Positions 35,042-47,639 are shown, numbered from the stretch's first letter. The stretch: DNA of 64,000 bases from Mobula hypostoma (GCF_963921235.1 NC_086108.1:38318001-38382000); one strand, 5' to 3'. A program made the numbers and translations. Notes: generated by a model not told the origin, from the sequence alone.

Positions 35042-38000
35042 TTACAGGTCAAGTCTATCAGGCGGTCGAGTCCGTCGCTGTGATCTACATAGCACCGGTG
35101 GTGATTGCACCGGCGATGGCGGTTGTGCTGGCTCTGGCCTGACTTCAGGTGCCAGCACGTTAGGCGTCGGTAATCCCTCGTGCGTGTGCGTCGCGCCCGG
35201 TATGGGAGTGTCGTGTGGTGTCTGTATAGGGTTTGGGGTGCACGGTGTCTCGTAGGTACATACATTGGTGGGTACGGGGTCAATAGTCACCACGGAGTGT
35301 TCAGGGTAGGGGCCCGGTGCTCCTGCGGGCGCCAGGTCGCGGATGGAGACCGTGTCCTCCCGCCCATCAGGTAAAACCACATAGGCATACTGGGGGTTCG
35401 CATGAAGTAAGTGAACCCTCTCGACTATCGGGGAGTATTTATTGCTCCTCGCATGTTTCCGGAGCAGCATTGGCCCTGGGGACATCAGCCAAGTTGGTAG
35501 GGTGGTTCCAGTGGTCGATTTTCTGGGAAAAGAAAAGAGCCGCTCATGAGGGGTGGCATTGGTGGCTGTGCATAACAGGGAGCGGATGGAGTGGAGTGCC
35601 TCGAGAAGGACCTCCTGCCAGCGAGAGACTGGCAGTCCCTTTGACCTGAGGGCTAAGAGTGTGACTTTCCACACTGTGCCATTCTCCTTCTCTACCTGTC
35701 CATTCCCCCGGGGATTATAGCTCGTGGTCCTACTGGTCGCAATTCCCCTAGCCAGTAGATATTGGCGCAGCTCGTCACTCATAAACGAGGACCCTCTGTC
35801 ACTGTGGATATAGCATGGGTATCCGAGCAGAGTGAAGAGCTTGCGCAGGGCTTTTATAACTGACGTGGTAGTGGTGTCGGGGCAGGGGATGGCGAAGGGG
35901 AACCGCGAGTACTCGTCAATTACATTAAGAAAGTACACATTACGGTCGGTGGAGGGAAGGGGACCCTTAAAGTCAACACTCAGTCACTCAAAGGGGCGGG
36001 TGGCCTTGATGAGTGGTGCCTTTTCGGGTCGGTAGAAGTGCGGTTTGCACTCTGCTTAGACCTGGCAGTCCCTGGTCATCATCCTGATCTCCTCAAGGGA
36101 GTAAGGCAGGTTCCGGGCTTTCACGAAGTGGAAAAGCCGGGTGACTCCCGGGTGGCAAAGGTCTACATGTAGGGCGCATAGCCGGTCGATCTGTGCGCTG
36201 GCGCATGTTCCCCGGGATAGGGCACCGGAGGGCTCGTTGAGCTTCCCAGGCCTGTACATGATGTCATAGTTGTAGGTGGAGAGTTCGATACTCCACCTCA
36301 GAGTTTTATCATTTTTGATTTTGCTCCGCTGCTGATTATTAAACATGAATGCAACTGAGCGCTGGTCAGTTAGCAGGGTGAACCTTTTGCCGGCAAGATA
36401 GTGCCTCCAGTGCCTTATAGCTTCTACTATGGCCTGGGCCTCTTTCTCTACCGCAGAGTGCCGAATTTCAGGGCCTTGAAGGGTACGGGAGAAGAACACC
36501 ACTGGTCTTCCTGCCTGGTTGAGGGTAGCAGCCAGCGCAAAGTCGAAGGCGTCACTCTCTACTTGGAAGGGAATGGCCTCATCCACCGCATGCATTGCTG
36601 CTTTGGCAATGTCCCCTTTTATGCGGTTGAAGGCCGCGTGGGCCTCGGCAGACAGGGGGAATGTGGTGGACTTGACCAGGGGGCGGGCCTTGTCTGCATA
36701 GTTAGAGACCCATTGGGCGTAATATGAAAAGAAGCCCAGGCACCTTTTGAGGGCTCTGAGGGTATTGGGAAGAGGGAGTTCCAACAAGGGGTGCATACGG
36801 TCGGGGTCAGGGCCAATGACTCCATTCTCCACGACACACCCAAAGATAGCAAGTCGGGTGGTCCCAAATACACACTTATCCTTGTTATAGGTGAGGTTGA
36901 AAGATTTGGCCGCTTGGAGAAATTTTTGGAGGTTGTTGTCGTGATCCTGCTGGTCGTGACCACAGATGGTGATGTTATCCAGATATGGGAACGAGGCCTT
37001 CAGTTGGCACTGGTCCACCATCTGGTCCATTGACCTCTGGAAGACAGATACACCATTCGTGACACCAAAGGGGATGCGCAGGAATTGATAAAGCCTGCCG
37101 TCCACCTCGAAGGCAGTGTAAGGGCGGTCCTCCCGGCGGATGGGGAGCTGATGGTAAGCAGATTTTAGGTCTATGGTCGAGTACACCTTGTACTGTGCTA
37201 TCTGATTGACCATATCCACGATGCGGGGTAGAGGGTACGCGTCAAGCTGCGTGAACCTATTGATGGTCTGGCTATAGTCCACGACCATCCTATTCTTCTC
37301 CCCGTTCCGAACAACCACCACCTGCGCCCTCCAAGGACTTGTGCTTACCTCAATGACCCCCTCCCTGAGCAGCTGTTGCACCTCCGACTTAATGAAAGCT
37401 CTGTCCCCCGCGCTGTACCTCCTGCTTTTAGTTGCCACAGGTTTACAGTCGGGGGTCAGGTTGGCGAACAGCGTTGGGGGAGGGATCCTGAGGGTGGAGA
37501 GGCCGCAAGTGGTGTCGGTAGTGTGGCAGTTGGCATGATGTTGGGTGGGATGCACGGGTCGGTGTGTGTGTGTGGTCAGTAGTGGGGTACGTGACATATC
37601 TCTACAAAACAGGGGATTTATGACAGTAATTGGCAGGAGGGGCCCATCATACTTCATTGTCACACTTTTCAGGTGGCTCTGGAAGTCCAACCCCAACAGC
37701 ACAGGGGCACACAGTTGAGGCAAGACCAGTAACGTAAAGTCCCGATATTCTGTGCCGTGCACCACTAGTGTCGCTACACAACCCCCCCGGATGTATGTTG
37801 TATGCGACCTGGAGGCCATGGTGACCCTCCGACTTACCGGCCGTATCATGAGTCCATAATGCTACACCGTGGCCAGGTGGATGCCTGTGTCAAACAGGCA
37901 GCTTGTCCTGTGCCCCTCCACCAGGATGTCCATTATTGACCTTGCCAGCTGGTGGGGAGCGCTTTGGTCGAGGGTCACGGAAGCCAGGGTGGGGTCGCTG

Positions 38001-38947
38001 TCTTGGTCCGGCGTGGTGGGGTGGCCCGTGAGCACCCGTTGGTCGTAGGCGGTGGGAGGTGGCGCCGACCAAGATGGCCGCCCCCATGTCTCGCACGTGA
38101 TGGTGGCGTGCAGGGAAGATGGCGGCCTCCATGTCTCGCACGTGGTGGCAGTGTGCAGGGAAGATGGCGACCCCCACATCTCGTACGCGGTGCTGCTCGA
38201 TCCCGCTCACGGTTTTGACTTACAGACCTTGGCGAAGTGGCCCTTCTTTCCGCAGCTGGAGCAGGTAGCTTGTCGGGCCGGGCAGCGTTTCCGGGGGTGC
38301 TTCTCCAGTCCGCAGAAGTAGCACTTCGCGGACTCACGACTGGCAGCAGCCGAGGTCGATTCGCCGGCAGGTTGCGGGGTCTGTGGCACCCACGAGGCCA
38401 TCGGGGGATCGTGTGCCTGGAGAGCCTCGGAGTTATGCAGAGTGGCCTCCAACATATCAGCCAGCTCCATCGCCGAATTTAGGGTAAGATCGGCTTTTTC
38501 CAGCAGCCGCTGGCGCACGTACACTGACCTGGTCCCCGTAACGAAGGCGTCCCTCACTAGGAGCTCTGCATGCTGCGTCGCCGTCAGCTCCTGGCAATTG
38601 CAGGCCCGCATAAGTGTCTGTAGGGCCTGGACGAACTCAGCACTCGATTCCCCGGGGCGTTGTTGCCGTGTCGCTAAACGGTGCCAAGCATAGACGCTGT
38701 TTATCGGCCACAGGTATTGTTTTTTGAGTGCGTTCATTGCGCCGTCATAGTTCGGCTGGTCTCTGATCAGTGAATAGACCCGTGGACTGACCCTGGAGAG
38801 TAGAACTCTGCGTTTCGCTACGGGGTCGGTCGCTTTAATCTCCTCTAGATACGCTTCGAAGCAGGCCAGCCAGAGTTCGAAAGCGTTTCCAGCTTCAGGT
38901 GTTTGCGGATTGAGGTCTAATTTTTCTGGTCTCAGGGCCTGTTCCAT
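35042..38947 (-). pseudogene. Single-frame gag-pol polyprotein with three in-frame stops (38207-38209, 37862-37864, 36056-36058)
   Basis: ORFs starting at 38947, 38179, 37849 and 35938 share one frame; zinc knuckles CYFCGLEKHPRKRC and CSSCGKKGHFAKVC; PR LFDTG; RT IPFG and YLDN; RNase H VESDAF; IN HSDRGSSF and GNGQVE. Confidence 0.9.
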
Positions 38948-38957
38948 GTTTTAAAAC

Positions 38958-38972
38958 GTACAGCGAATAAAA
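38958..38972 (-). promoter_or_regulatory. Non-tRNA primer-binding site complementary to the element's own LTR
   Basis: Minus-strand TTTTATTCGCTGTAC, 1 nt after the 5' LTR end, is the exact reverse complement of LTR GTACAGCGAATAAAA (39028-39042; 34798-34812). Confidence 0.75.
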
Positions 38973-39684
38973 TTGAAGCACCTTCAATTACTCCAAAAGA
39001 CTGAGGTTTGGAAAAATACTGAAAGGCTTTTATTCGCTGTACAATACAACCTCCACAGTGAGTGTCTGCCCCCGGACTGAGGGGGAGGGGCAAGGCGAAC
39101 ACCTTTATACAGGATTCTGTGGGAGGAGCCACAGGGGCAGTCAGTAGAGGGGTGTGTCCAGACAGGTAACCAAGTTACAACATATATATATGGTTTACCA
39201 CAGGAGAGGAGGTTGATGTGGGGAGGAAGTTACAGTTCTCCGAGGTGGTGCAAACCACACTTCAACCGACATTGTACCGTGGTCCACTGAATACAAGAAA
39301 ATCATCCTGGTGGAGCTCTCAGTACCATGGAAGGAAGAACATGAGGAGGCTCATAAGAGGAAGGCCCTGAAGTACCAGTCCTTAGTCCAGGAGTTTACCC
39401 TCATCTATTCTACCAGTTCAGTTTCAGCAGTTTGCCTTCATCTATTCTACCATCTACATTCTCAAAAACTACAAAACACTTAAAGATTAGTTTTGTCACA
39501 TGTACTGTACATCAAAACATACAGTGAAGTGTGTCATTTGCATCAATGATCAACACAGTCCAGGAATGTTCTAGGACCTGCCCACAAATGTCACCATTCT
39601 TCTAGTGCCAACACAGCATGCCCATAACTTACTAACCCTAACCAATACTTGTTAAGCATGATTTCTATTTCATGTGTATTTTTC

Positions 39685-39815
39685 CACAAACAAGAGAATA
39701 TCTGCAGATGCGGGAAACCAAAGTAATACACACAAAATGCTGGAGGAAATCAGCCGGTCAGGCAGCATTGATAGAAAAGAGTAAACAGTTGATGTTTTGG
39801 GCTGAGACCCTTCAT
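39685..39815 (-). mobile_element. Short PLE 3'-end copy ending within a degenerate hammerhead
   Basis: Same tail as the other PLE copies; flanking tgtattttt direct repeat. Confidence 0.7.
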
Positions 39816-42319
39816 TGTTTGTATTTTTATAATTTTCCCTGCCATTGTTAACTTAGCAAGCTTCCATTGTTTCTTCCATCTGTACTTTCTTAGTACTCTG
39901 ACATTTACCTGACCATATCTTTGCATAGAAGAATCAGAATCAGGTTTATTATCACGGCATGTGTCATGAAATTTGTGAACATCTTTGTGGCCACACTACC
40001 TCTCCTTCCTCAACTGTATTATAAAGAAATTTGGATATATTATACCTTAGCTTCACAAAAAGTGATTAAAATAGAAAATAGCTGGGACCCCATGTCTGAT
40101 AATTACAATTCACTTCAGCAATCCTTCAGGATCGAGGATAACTTGCTTCACTTTGCTTCTACAAGTTCTGAAGTGACAGATGAGACCAATGTGGGGACTG
40201 CAGATTCTGCCACAGAGAAAACAGGAGGCTTCTAATAGGCGGGTGAATGGTTAGTTTGAAAGACAGTGCATTCTTTTTTTGCTTACACTGAGCTTCTGTG
40301 TATTGCATTATTCTCAGTATTATCCCAAAAGCTCTTTCTCAAATTTGAGTGGCTAATACTCCTAATAGCAGGAATGTTGAACTTCTTTTGTAAGGAAGCT
40401 TCAAGCACATTCCTAAACTTGTTTTCCTCAGTGTGCTTGGAAATGTCTTCCATTTATGGCAACATTCCTCTCACTTTGCAACAGTTTGAGTTCCAACTCA
40501 TTGACAAGGTCATTTTTATATGAAAACGTTAAACCATTTCTGTTTACAAAATGCAATAAAATATCTGCCCTAATGGCTTTATAGTTGCTATTTTAATTAT
40601 TGAAAACAACAATGATTCCACAATGTTGTCATAGTTTTATAGTACACTTTGCAGAAATATTTTATTATCTCCAGGCAACCTACAACTGTGTATTGGTTAT
40701 TTTAAAGCAATCATTCATAGGTGCTCTTGTATGTTGGAGTAAAACAAAATGATCTGCACTATTCAATAATTTCTAGCATTCTAAGTTTTCTCAAGAGTCA
40801 CTTAAAGAGATGGAATGAATCATTCACTTGTTTTTATTATACTGTACTCATTTTGTTGTGTCGAATAATATATTGTGTGTGCAAATAAACTTTTACTGAG
40901 AATCATAATGACACTGTTACTATGCTTTTACTGTAGCACATAGTAAGACACATTGGGTCCCACATCCCCACACAGAAACAAGTAAACACAATTAATACCT
41001 TACTTGGTTTCGCACAAAAATCCTTTTTCTGCATACCTCTTGAAATCTAAAAATGTGCAAGAATAACTCATTGCAAAGACACAAGAATTCAGAATCTGAT
41101 AGAAACAGGTATTCGATTCTTCAGCCAATAAATGCAATGAATTTTTCTAAGAAATTGCAATTGTATCTCAGTTAAGTAAATTTGAACAACACTTCCGTGG
41201 ATAAGTGGCTAATGACTGGGAATATTCACAAAACCAGGGCAAATCAAGAATGGATAATTTGCACTCAAAGAATACACTTGAATGGAGAATGATATGAAAT
41301 GGAGACAGCACCACACTCCCCCACAGAATGGTTAACATTGAGATACTACCAGCAATGACTTAATCACATAACAAAACGATGCATTGCAATTTCATCATTT
41401 ACAATCAAGCAATGCAACAAAAACATGGCGAAGAAAATTAAGTCTGAAAATAGAAATTTACTGATCCAAGCCTACAGGTACACCTTGGTAGGAAAAAAAA
41501 CAGAAAAGCATATTCTATACATTCTTGGTCATTGGGAAAAACTGGGGAATGTTGGAATTTTATGAAATCTTGGTGTCCTTACACATAATTTCTATATGGT
41601 AAATAAACTGTGGTAACTATGGAGGCATCTCCCTAGTTACTTTTCCTCTCAGTGGCCAAACAGCTGTTCACAAAATTACAATGTGAATTCCAACCAGAGA
41701 GCCAAAATAGACACGACTTTAACTCGCAGTATCTTCAAGAGAAATGAAGTGAGCAACATTAACACTTCTTTCAATTCTGAAGTTTTGACTACTTCAGACA
41801 AGAGGCATTCAGCTACAATGGTGAAATTCATCTCTATCTTATGCTTGCTTTGTGATTATATATAAAACATAATCCTATTTCAGAGCAAATTTCTGTTTAA
41901 AGCAGTTTCAAACAAGGCTGCACCATTGGCCTGATACTTTCAGCCTTTCTCATTACACTTCACAAACTTTCCACAGCATTTGGACCTAATCTTCAAAGCT
42001 ATCAAAGACCAAAGCTCAGGTAACTTCAGTCCAGAAACAATATCAACTCAAATTCAGTTGACCATCAGTAGAATGTCAAAAATGCCTGTGTTTACATACA
42101 CTGCAAGCAACTGTGCACTTCTTCAAAGCAGCTTGCAAAAGGTCGCAGCATACTGTACACTCAATGCCCACAAGGCAAAGGTTCTCTTCTAATCTGCCCC
42201 TGCTAGACAACACTATCCTCTAGTAATAAAGTATGATGATGAGACTTTAGAAAACATAGGCCATTTCTCACATCATAGGTATGATCTCTCAGCCTTTGAG
42301 TGATTGAGCAAAAACAACT

Positions 42320-42590
42320 AAAGTCCTAGGTTCAATTCCTGCCACCAGCTGTATGGAGTTTGTACATTCTCCCCATGACTGCCTGTGTCTCCCCATGACT
42401 GCCTGTGTTTCCTCCGGGTGCTCCACTTCCTCCCACAATCCAAGCACATACAGGTGGTAGGTTAATTGGTCATTGTAAATTGTCCTGTGATTAGGCTAGG
42501 ATCAAACTGGGGATTGCTGGGCAGCAAGGCTTGAAGGGCCAGAAGGGCCTATTCCACACAGAATCTCAATAAAAAATAAAATAATAAAAT
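42320..42590 (+). mobile_element. V-SINE (HE1-like)
   Basis: B-box-like ggttcaattcc; V-domain ggagtttgtacattctcccc...tttcctccgggtgctcc; LINE-like 3' end gggccagaagggcct; A-rich tail. Confidence 0.75.
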
Positions 42591-42599
42591 TTTAAGATC

Positions 42600-43310
42600 T
42601 GGTACATGTTGGAGGCACTCAGCAAGTCAGACTGCATCCACAAAGGAATTAAGAGTCAACATTTCGAACCAAAACCCTTCATCACGACTGGAAAGGAAGA
42701 GGGCAGAAACCAGAATAAGGTGGTGAGAGAGGGGAAGGAGTACAAGCAGGCAGGTATTAGGTGAGATGGAAGGTGGGGGGGGGGATAATGCAAGAAACTA
42801 GGAGGTGATAGGTGGAAGAAATAGAGGGCTTTGAAGAAGGAATCTGATAGGACAGGACAGTGGAGTAAAAGGAAGGAGGTGGGAAACAGAAGGGAGATGA
42901 TGGAGGGTCCTGAGGATGTGGGGTGGAGAAGAGAAAGAGGGTCATCAAAATGAAAGAGAAAAGAAGAAGAGTGGGAAGGGGGATAAAAGAGGGCTGAGGT
43001 TACCAAAAGTTACAGAAATTGATATTTCTCAGGTTGGAGACAATCCAGACTTCCCCCACTCTGTGCTTGGCCTCACTGTGGCAGTAGAAGAGAGGTCAGA
43101 CAAATCTGTGAGGGAATGGGAATTAATAGCCACCTGAAGATACTGCCTTTTGTGGTAGCCACCTGAAGATACTGCTTTTTTTGCTGCTTAACAATGTAGT
43201 CACCCAGCCTGTGTTGGGTCTCATCAATGTAGAGAAGGCTGCACCAAGAGAGCAGGATACAATGAATAATCCTGACACACTCACTGGTGAAGACAAACCT
43301 TGAATAGCTG
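42600..43310 (-). mobile_element. Degenerate PLE fragment
   Basis: IIHCILLSWCSLLYIDETQHRLGD GIY-YIG-like; degenerate hammerhead at ~42654-42690. Confidence 0.7.
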
Positions 43311-43426
43311 GGGTCCAAACAGCAATCTCTGCCATCCCAACAGTGACTACAATATACTTGGATTCGTTATCTCCTATATGCATCTGAGCTCTAGACACAA
43401 GGCGCTCAAAGATACCATCAATATTA

Positions 43427-43720
43427 GGGCACCATGTAGAGTAGCGTTTAGAGCAACGCTATTACAGTTCTGGAGTTTAGTGTTCAGTTCTGGTGCTGTC
43501 TATAAGGAGTTTGTACGTTCCCCCTTGAGTGCATGGGTTTCCTCTGGGTGCTCCAGTTTCTTCCTACAGTCCAAAGAGATACCAATTGGTCATTATAAAT
43601 TGTCCTGTGATTACACTAATGTTAAATAGGTAAGTTGCTGGTTGGTGTGGCTTATTGGGCAGGCTGGACCTGTTCTGCACTGCATGTCCAAATAAATAAA
43701 ATAAATTACAAATAAATAAT
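43427..43720 (+). mobile_element. V-SINE (HE1-like), second copy
   Basis: V-domain ggagtttgtacgttcccc...gggtttcctctgggtgctccagtttcttcctacagtccaaag; (aaat)n tail. Confidence 0.75.
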
Positions 43721-45911
43721 ATTTTATCTTTGAAGATGAGCAGTCCAATGTTATCGTCCCTATTTGGGCCAACATCTTTTACAATTAGTTAACTCTCCTT
43801 CGGTTTTTGCATGCCCAACTTCAGACCCCCAAAATAAATACTTTTAAGCAAGTACAATCACAGAAAAAGATTGCCACAGAGACAGGAAAATATTCAAGCT
43901 ACAATGAAAGAAAGATACTGCTTGTCCATAGGTTGCTCAGAATCCATGGCCCACGACCCCCCAAAGTGGGAGAGGGTGCGCCCAGGATAGCACTGGTAAC
44001 TAAAGCACATAGAAGTCCTGCATAAGAGGTGAAAGGAGTGCAGCAACTAACAGACTAACATCAGATACTTCTTGCCTCATCTGTGGAAGAATCTGGATTT
44101 CTCACATTGAGTTCATCACTATTTCAGGACCAATAGAAGCAGAGTAAAAGCAAATCATTTTCAATGCATAGGGACTGACCAAAAAGATCAAAGTACCAAA
44201 GTGCAAGAACAGTTACCTTAGTGGACTGCAATTATCAAGGACCTTGTTGAGATTACATCTAGAATATTATTTACTGTTGCAGTCTCCTTCCTAGAGGAAC
44301 AATATACTTGCTTTAGAGGGAGTTCAGCAAAGGTTAACTAGATCTTTAGATTGGAAACAAATAACCGCTTTCAGATGTTGACAATGGCAAAATAGTATGA
44401 ATAATGCAATGAATCAAATTCAAATTTAAAAACAAGCCAAAAATCTTTAGCTGTTGTACTCAGCATGATACATCTTAAATGGCCCTGGTAACAAAAATAG
44501 AATTACCGCACAAAAAGCAAAGAAAAGAAACGCTGAATGTTGAATCAGGACCGGGGGAGTGGGCAGGAAGAACTGTGGCAAAAAGCTTATTCAAAATGAA
44601 TAACATTGGAGATATTTCTAAAAACGGAATAAGGCAAAAGAATTAGGGGTGATGGTGGTAGGAGACTTGGACCAAAGCAAGCTAATTGATGGATCAGTCA
44701 CCGGGTTATAAAGAGTTACAGTACTTGAAAGAAATTCAGAGAGCCCTTTCACCAAGTACAAGGCACAAGTCAAGAGCATCAAGGAATACAGTTCACTTCA
44801 CTGGAGTGAATAATCAATAATTTTCAAGCTCAATGCTGTCCAGAATGAAAGCAACTTATTGATTAGTATCCCAAGAAGCGTTCATTCCATGCACCACTAG
44901 ACCATGGCTGCAGTATGTTCTATCCACATAATGCGTTACAATTACTCACCTAAGCCACTTTGGCATCATCACCCCAACTCACAATCTCTACTACCAAAGA
45001 CAATGTGTGGACACACCACCAACTCAAAGTCGCACAGCATCCCAACTTATGAAGCATCCCTATTCCTCCATTGTCTCCTGAACTCTTTAACTAAATAGGA
45101 GTTCCTTTTCATGAAGGACAGTGGTAAGTCAACAAAATCAGCTCGCCACTACCCTCCCAAGGGATACTGGGGATGGGCAAGAAATCCTGGTCTTGTCAGC
45201 CACAGCCACATCTGGAAAAATGAATAAGTCAAAAAGACAGTCAAAATGCTGAAGGATAGTAATTTTAGCAATAGAGTGGGCTACACAGCTAGAGAGGCCA
45301 GGGTGGAATCAAAAAAAAATACATTCACTAAATTGCAGAATAAAGAGACAATTTAGGTCTATGCTGACAAAGACATTATGCTAGCATAATGGGTTGCAAG
45401 ATAGAAAACAAACTACATAGCTCTGGATGAGCAGAGAGCAGTAGAATAACCAGACTTGAAAGTGACAGATTAATGGGTGTTTTACTATCAAAGGCTTATT
45501 ATGATGCAAAGGTGGTTGATACAACAAAGCAGAAGTTGATATGTCTGGACATTAAATCATGCAGTACTATTTATTTCTGAACCACCTGACTGAACATGAA
45601 GCTTCCACAGGAAAGGCACCGTGACTATCTGTAGGTCCTAGGAGTTACAATCTGATGAAACACGGAGCTACCATGGGAAAGACAGCATGACTATCTTTAG
45701 GTCCTGAGTGTTACTGATGTTTGTAGCCGCAGGTACAAAATCAAAATGCTCATTGCCACAAGATTGAAACTTCAGCCTTTGGATGAATATTCACAATGAT
45801 TTAACCAGAGACAGAGACCCTGCAAGAGGACGTAGAGGACCCCAATAGCATCGACTTTTCTGGTTATGATCCATTTCTCAATAAAGGGCTCCTCAAGCTT
45901 AAAGAAGATCT

Positions 45912-47365
45912 GAAACAACAGACATACAATGTTGCAGGTCAGGCATCATCTATGAAAATGAATAAACAGTCGACGTTTCAGGCTGAGGCCCTTCTTCAGG
46001 ACTGAAAAAGAAGGGAGAAGATGTCAGAATAAGCAGGTGGGTCGGGGGAGGGAAGTCGGATAGTTAGGAGGTGATAAGTGAAGCCAGGCTGGTAGGAAAG
46101 GTAAAGGACTGGAGCAGAAAGAATCTGACTGGAGAGGAAAGTGGGCCATAGGAGAATGAGAAGGAGAAGAGGACGTAGGAGGATGTAATAGGCAGCTGAG
46201 AAGAGGCAAGAGGCCAGAATAGGAAATTGAAGAAGAATGGAGGGGAGGAGGAAGGAAAATTTGTTTTTACCATAAGGAGAAATCAATATTCATACCATCA
46301 GGTTAGAGGCTACCCAGATGGAATATAAAGTATTGCTCCTCAGTCATGAGGGTGGCCTCAATGTGGCATAAGAGGGGGCCATGAACCAACATATCAGAAC
46401 AGAAATAGGAATTGGAATTAAAATATTTGGCCACCTGGAATTCCTGCTTTTAGCGGATGGATTGGAGGTGCTCATCAAAATGGTCCCCCAATTTATAATG
46501 GATCTCACCAATCGGAAGCACCAAACACAACAGACGGCCTCAGCAGATTCACAGGTGAAGTGTTGTCTCACTAGAAAGAACTGTTTGGGGCCTTGAATGG
46601 ATGCGAGAAAGGAAGTGCCTTCTGAAATGCCCGCTTCACTGCCACTGCTACTGTGCGATTGAGAATCTCCGAAGGGAAGGCCCCAAATCCTCGGCTTTGC
46701 CTATTGCCTGTCGGGGGGGCCGGGGTCGAAGTGCTTGGCAGAGATGGTGCTCAGTGCTCGGTGTCGGAGGGCTGGTCGGAGGCTCGAAGTTTTTGGACGG
46801 ACTCAAGAGTCGGCTGTGGTCGGGTGCTTCCAGGGTGCTGCATCGGCAAGTTTGCGGTGCTGGAGGTTCATGGCAGGGAGAGTTTCTCCGTTCAACCGTC
46901 TGCGTAAAATGATGGGACTTTCGAGAGACTTTGAGAATTTTTTTTAAACTGTGCCCATGGTCTGTTCTTTATCAAATTACAGTATTGCTTTGCACTGTTG
47001 TAACTATATGTTACAACTATGTGGTTTTTGTCATTTTTTTTAGTTTTGGTTTGTCTTGTGTTTTTGTGATATCATACCGGAGGCACATTGTATCATTTCT
47101 TAATGCATGCATTACTAAATGACAATAAAACAGGACTGCGTGTCCTCATAATCTAATCTAATCTAAGCGAATGGGTGCCTGTAGCACTTAGGCCGCTTGC
47201 AGGAACAAGTGCCAGGACAGAAATTAGTGGGGAGGGACAAATCACTCAGGGAGCAATCCCTGTGGAAAGCAGAGGTGGGTGGGAGTGGGAAGAAGGGAAA
47301 GGTACATGTCTCGTGGTAAGATCCCTTTGGAGGTGACGGAAGTTGCAGAGAATGATTTGTTATGA
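45912..47365 (-). mobile_element. PLE fragment with intact-looking hammerhead (45968-46004), interrupted by a retroposon at 46619-47166
   Basis: RQHFTCESAEAVCCVWC and GTCSCKRPKCYRHPF (PLE zinc finger/GIY-YIG region); minus strand cagtc-CTGAAGA-agggcctcagcct-GAAAC-GTC-gactg. Confidence 0.8.
46619..47166 (+). mobile_element. Non-autonomous retroposon with (aatct)n tail, copy 3 (5'-truncated)
   Basis: Homologous to ~20475-20956; ends cataatctaatctaatctaa. Confidence 0.75.
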
Positions 47366-47639
47366 TCTGAAAACCAATTTTATGCACACTTACATGAATT
47401 CTTAAAGATTTTTCAAAGTAGGAAAGTTTATTACAGAAATACAAACATCTTCAGGAATTAATATATTTTTAATTTTTAAAAATCTGTTTACATGCAATCT
47501 CCCCATAGAAATCAAACAAACACTAATGTCATGAAAAGTGCAGGCTGCTAGTTCACAGATGGAGGCCATTCAAATTAATTTGTTTGGAAAATTGACAAGG
47601 CAATCTTTTCCATAGATATTTGTAATATATTTTATCAAT

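Larger units (their letters stand above)
34744..39202 (-). mobile_element. Structurally complete Gypsy LTR retrotransposon (4459 bp)
   Basis: 229-bp LTRs at 34744-34972 and 38974-39202 (TG...CA; 11 differences counted by eye); TSD ggaga at 34739-34743 and 39203-39207; PPT aaaaaaaggaggggtgaa next to the 3' LTR; domain order gag-PR-RT-RH-IN. Confidence 0.97.
31580..39395 (+). mobile_element. HERO-like non-LTR retrotransposon with restriction-like endonuclease; pieces ~31580-32024, 33808-34743, 39203-39395
   Basis: RT LMGDITV...MTFKARKSR; LPGKFKT|WLYQHG; SVYDTLP...CKLCG...LAHVLS...YRWHHDKVL (CCHC/RHD-like); QPDIV...IILVELSVPW...RK..KY (RLE). Confidence 0.8.

Noticed and set aside
40428..40539. 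Terminal coding exon spliced to 41004-41046 (NGLTFSYKNDLVNELELKLLQ...)
   Set aside because: Its 3' part runs into a degenerate RTE-like LINE C-terminus (KFRNVLEASLQK), so a TE origin is as likely
45620..45720. Short imperfect duplication gactatct.taggtcct
   Set aside because: Only two degenerate units, with no supporting structure or identifiable ORF
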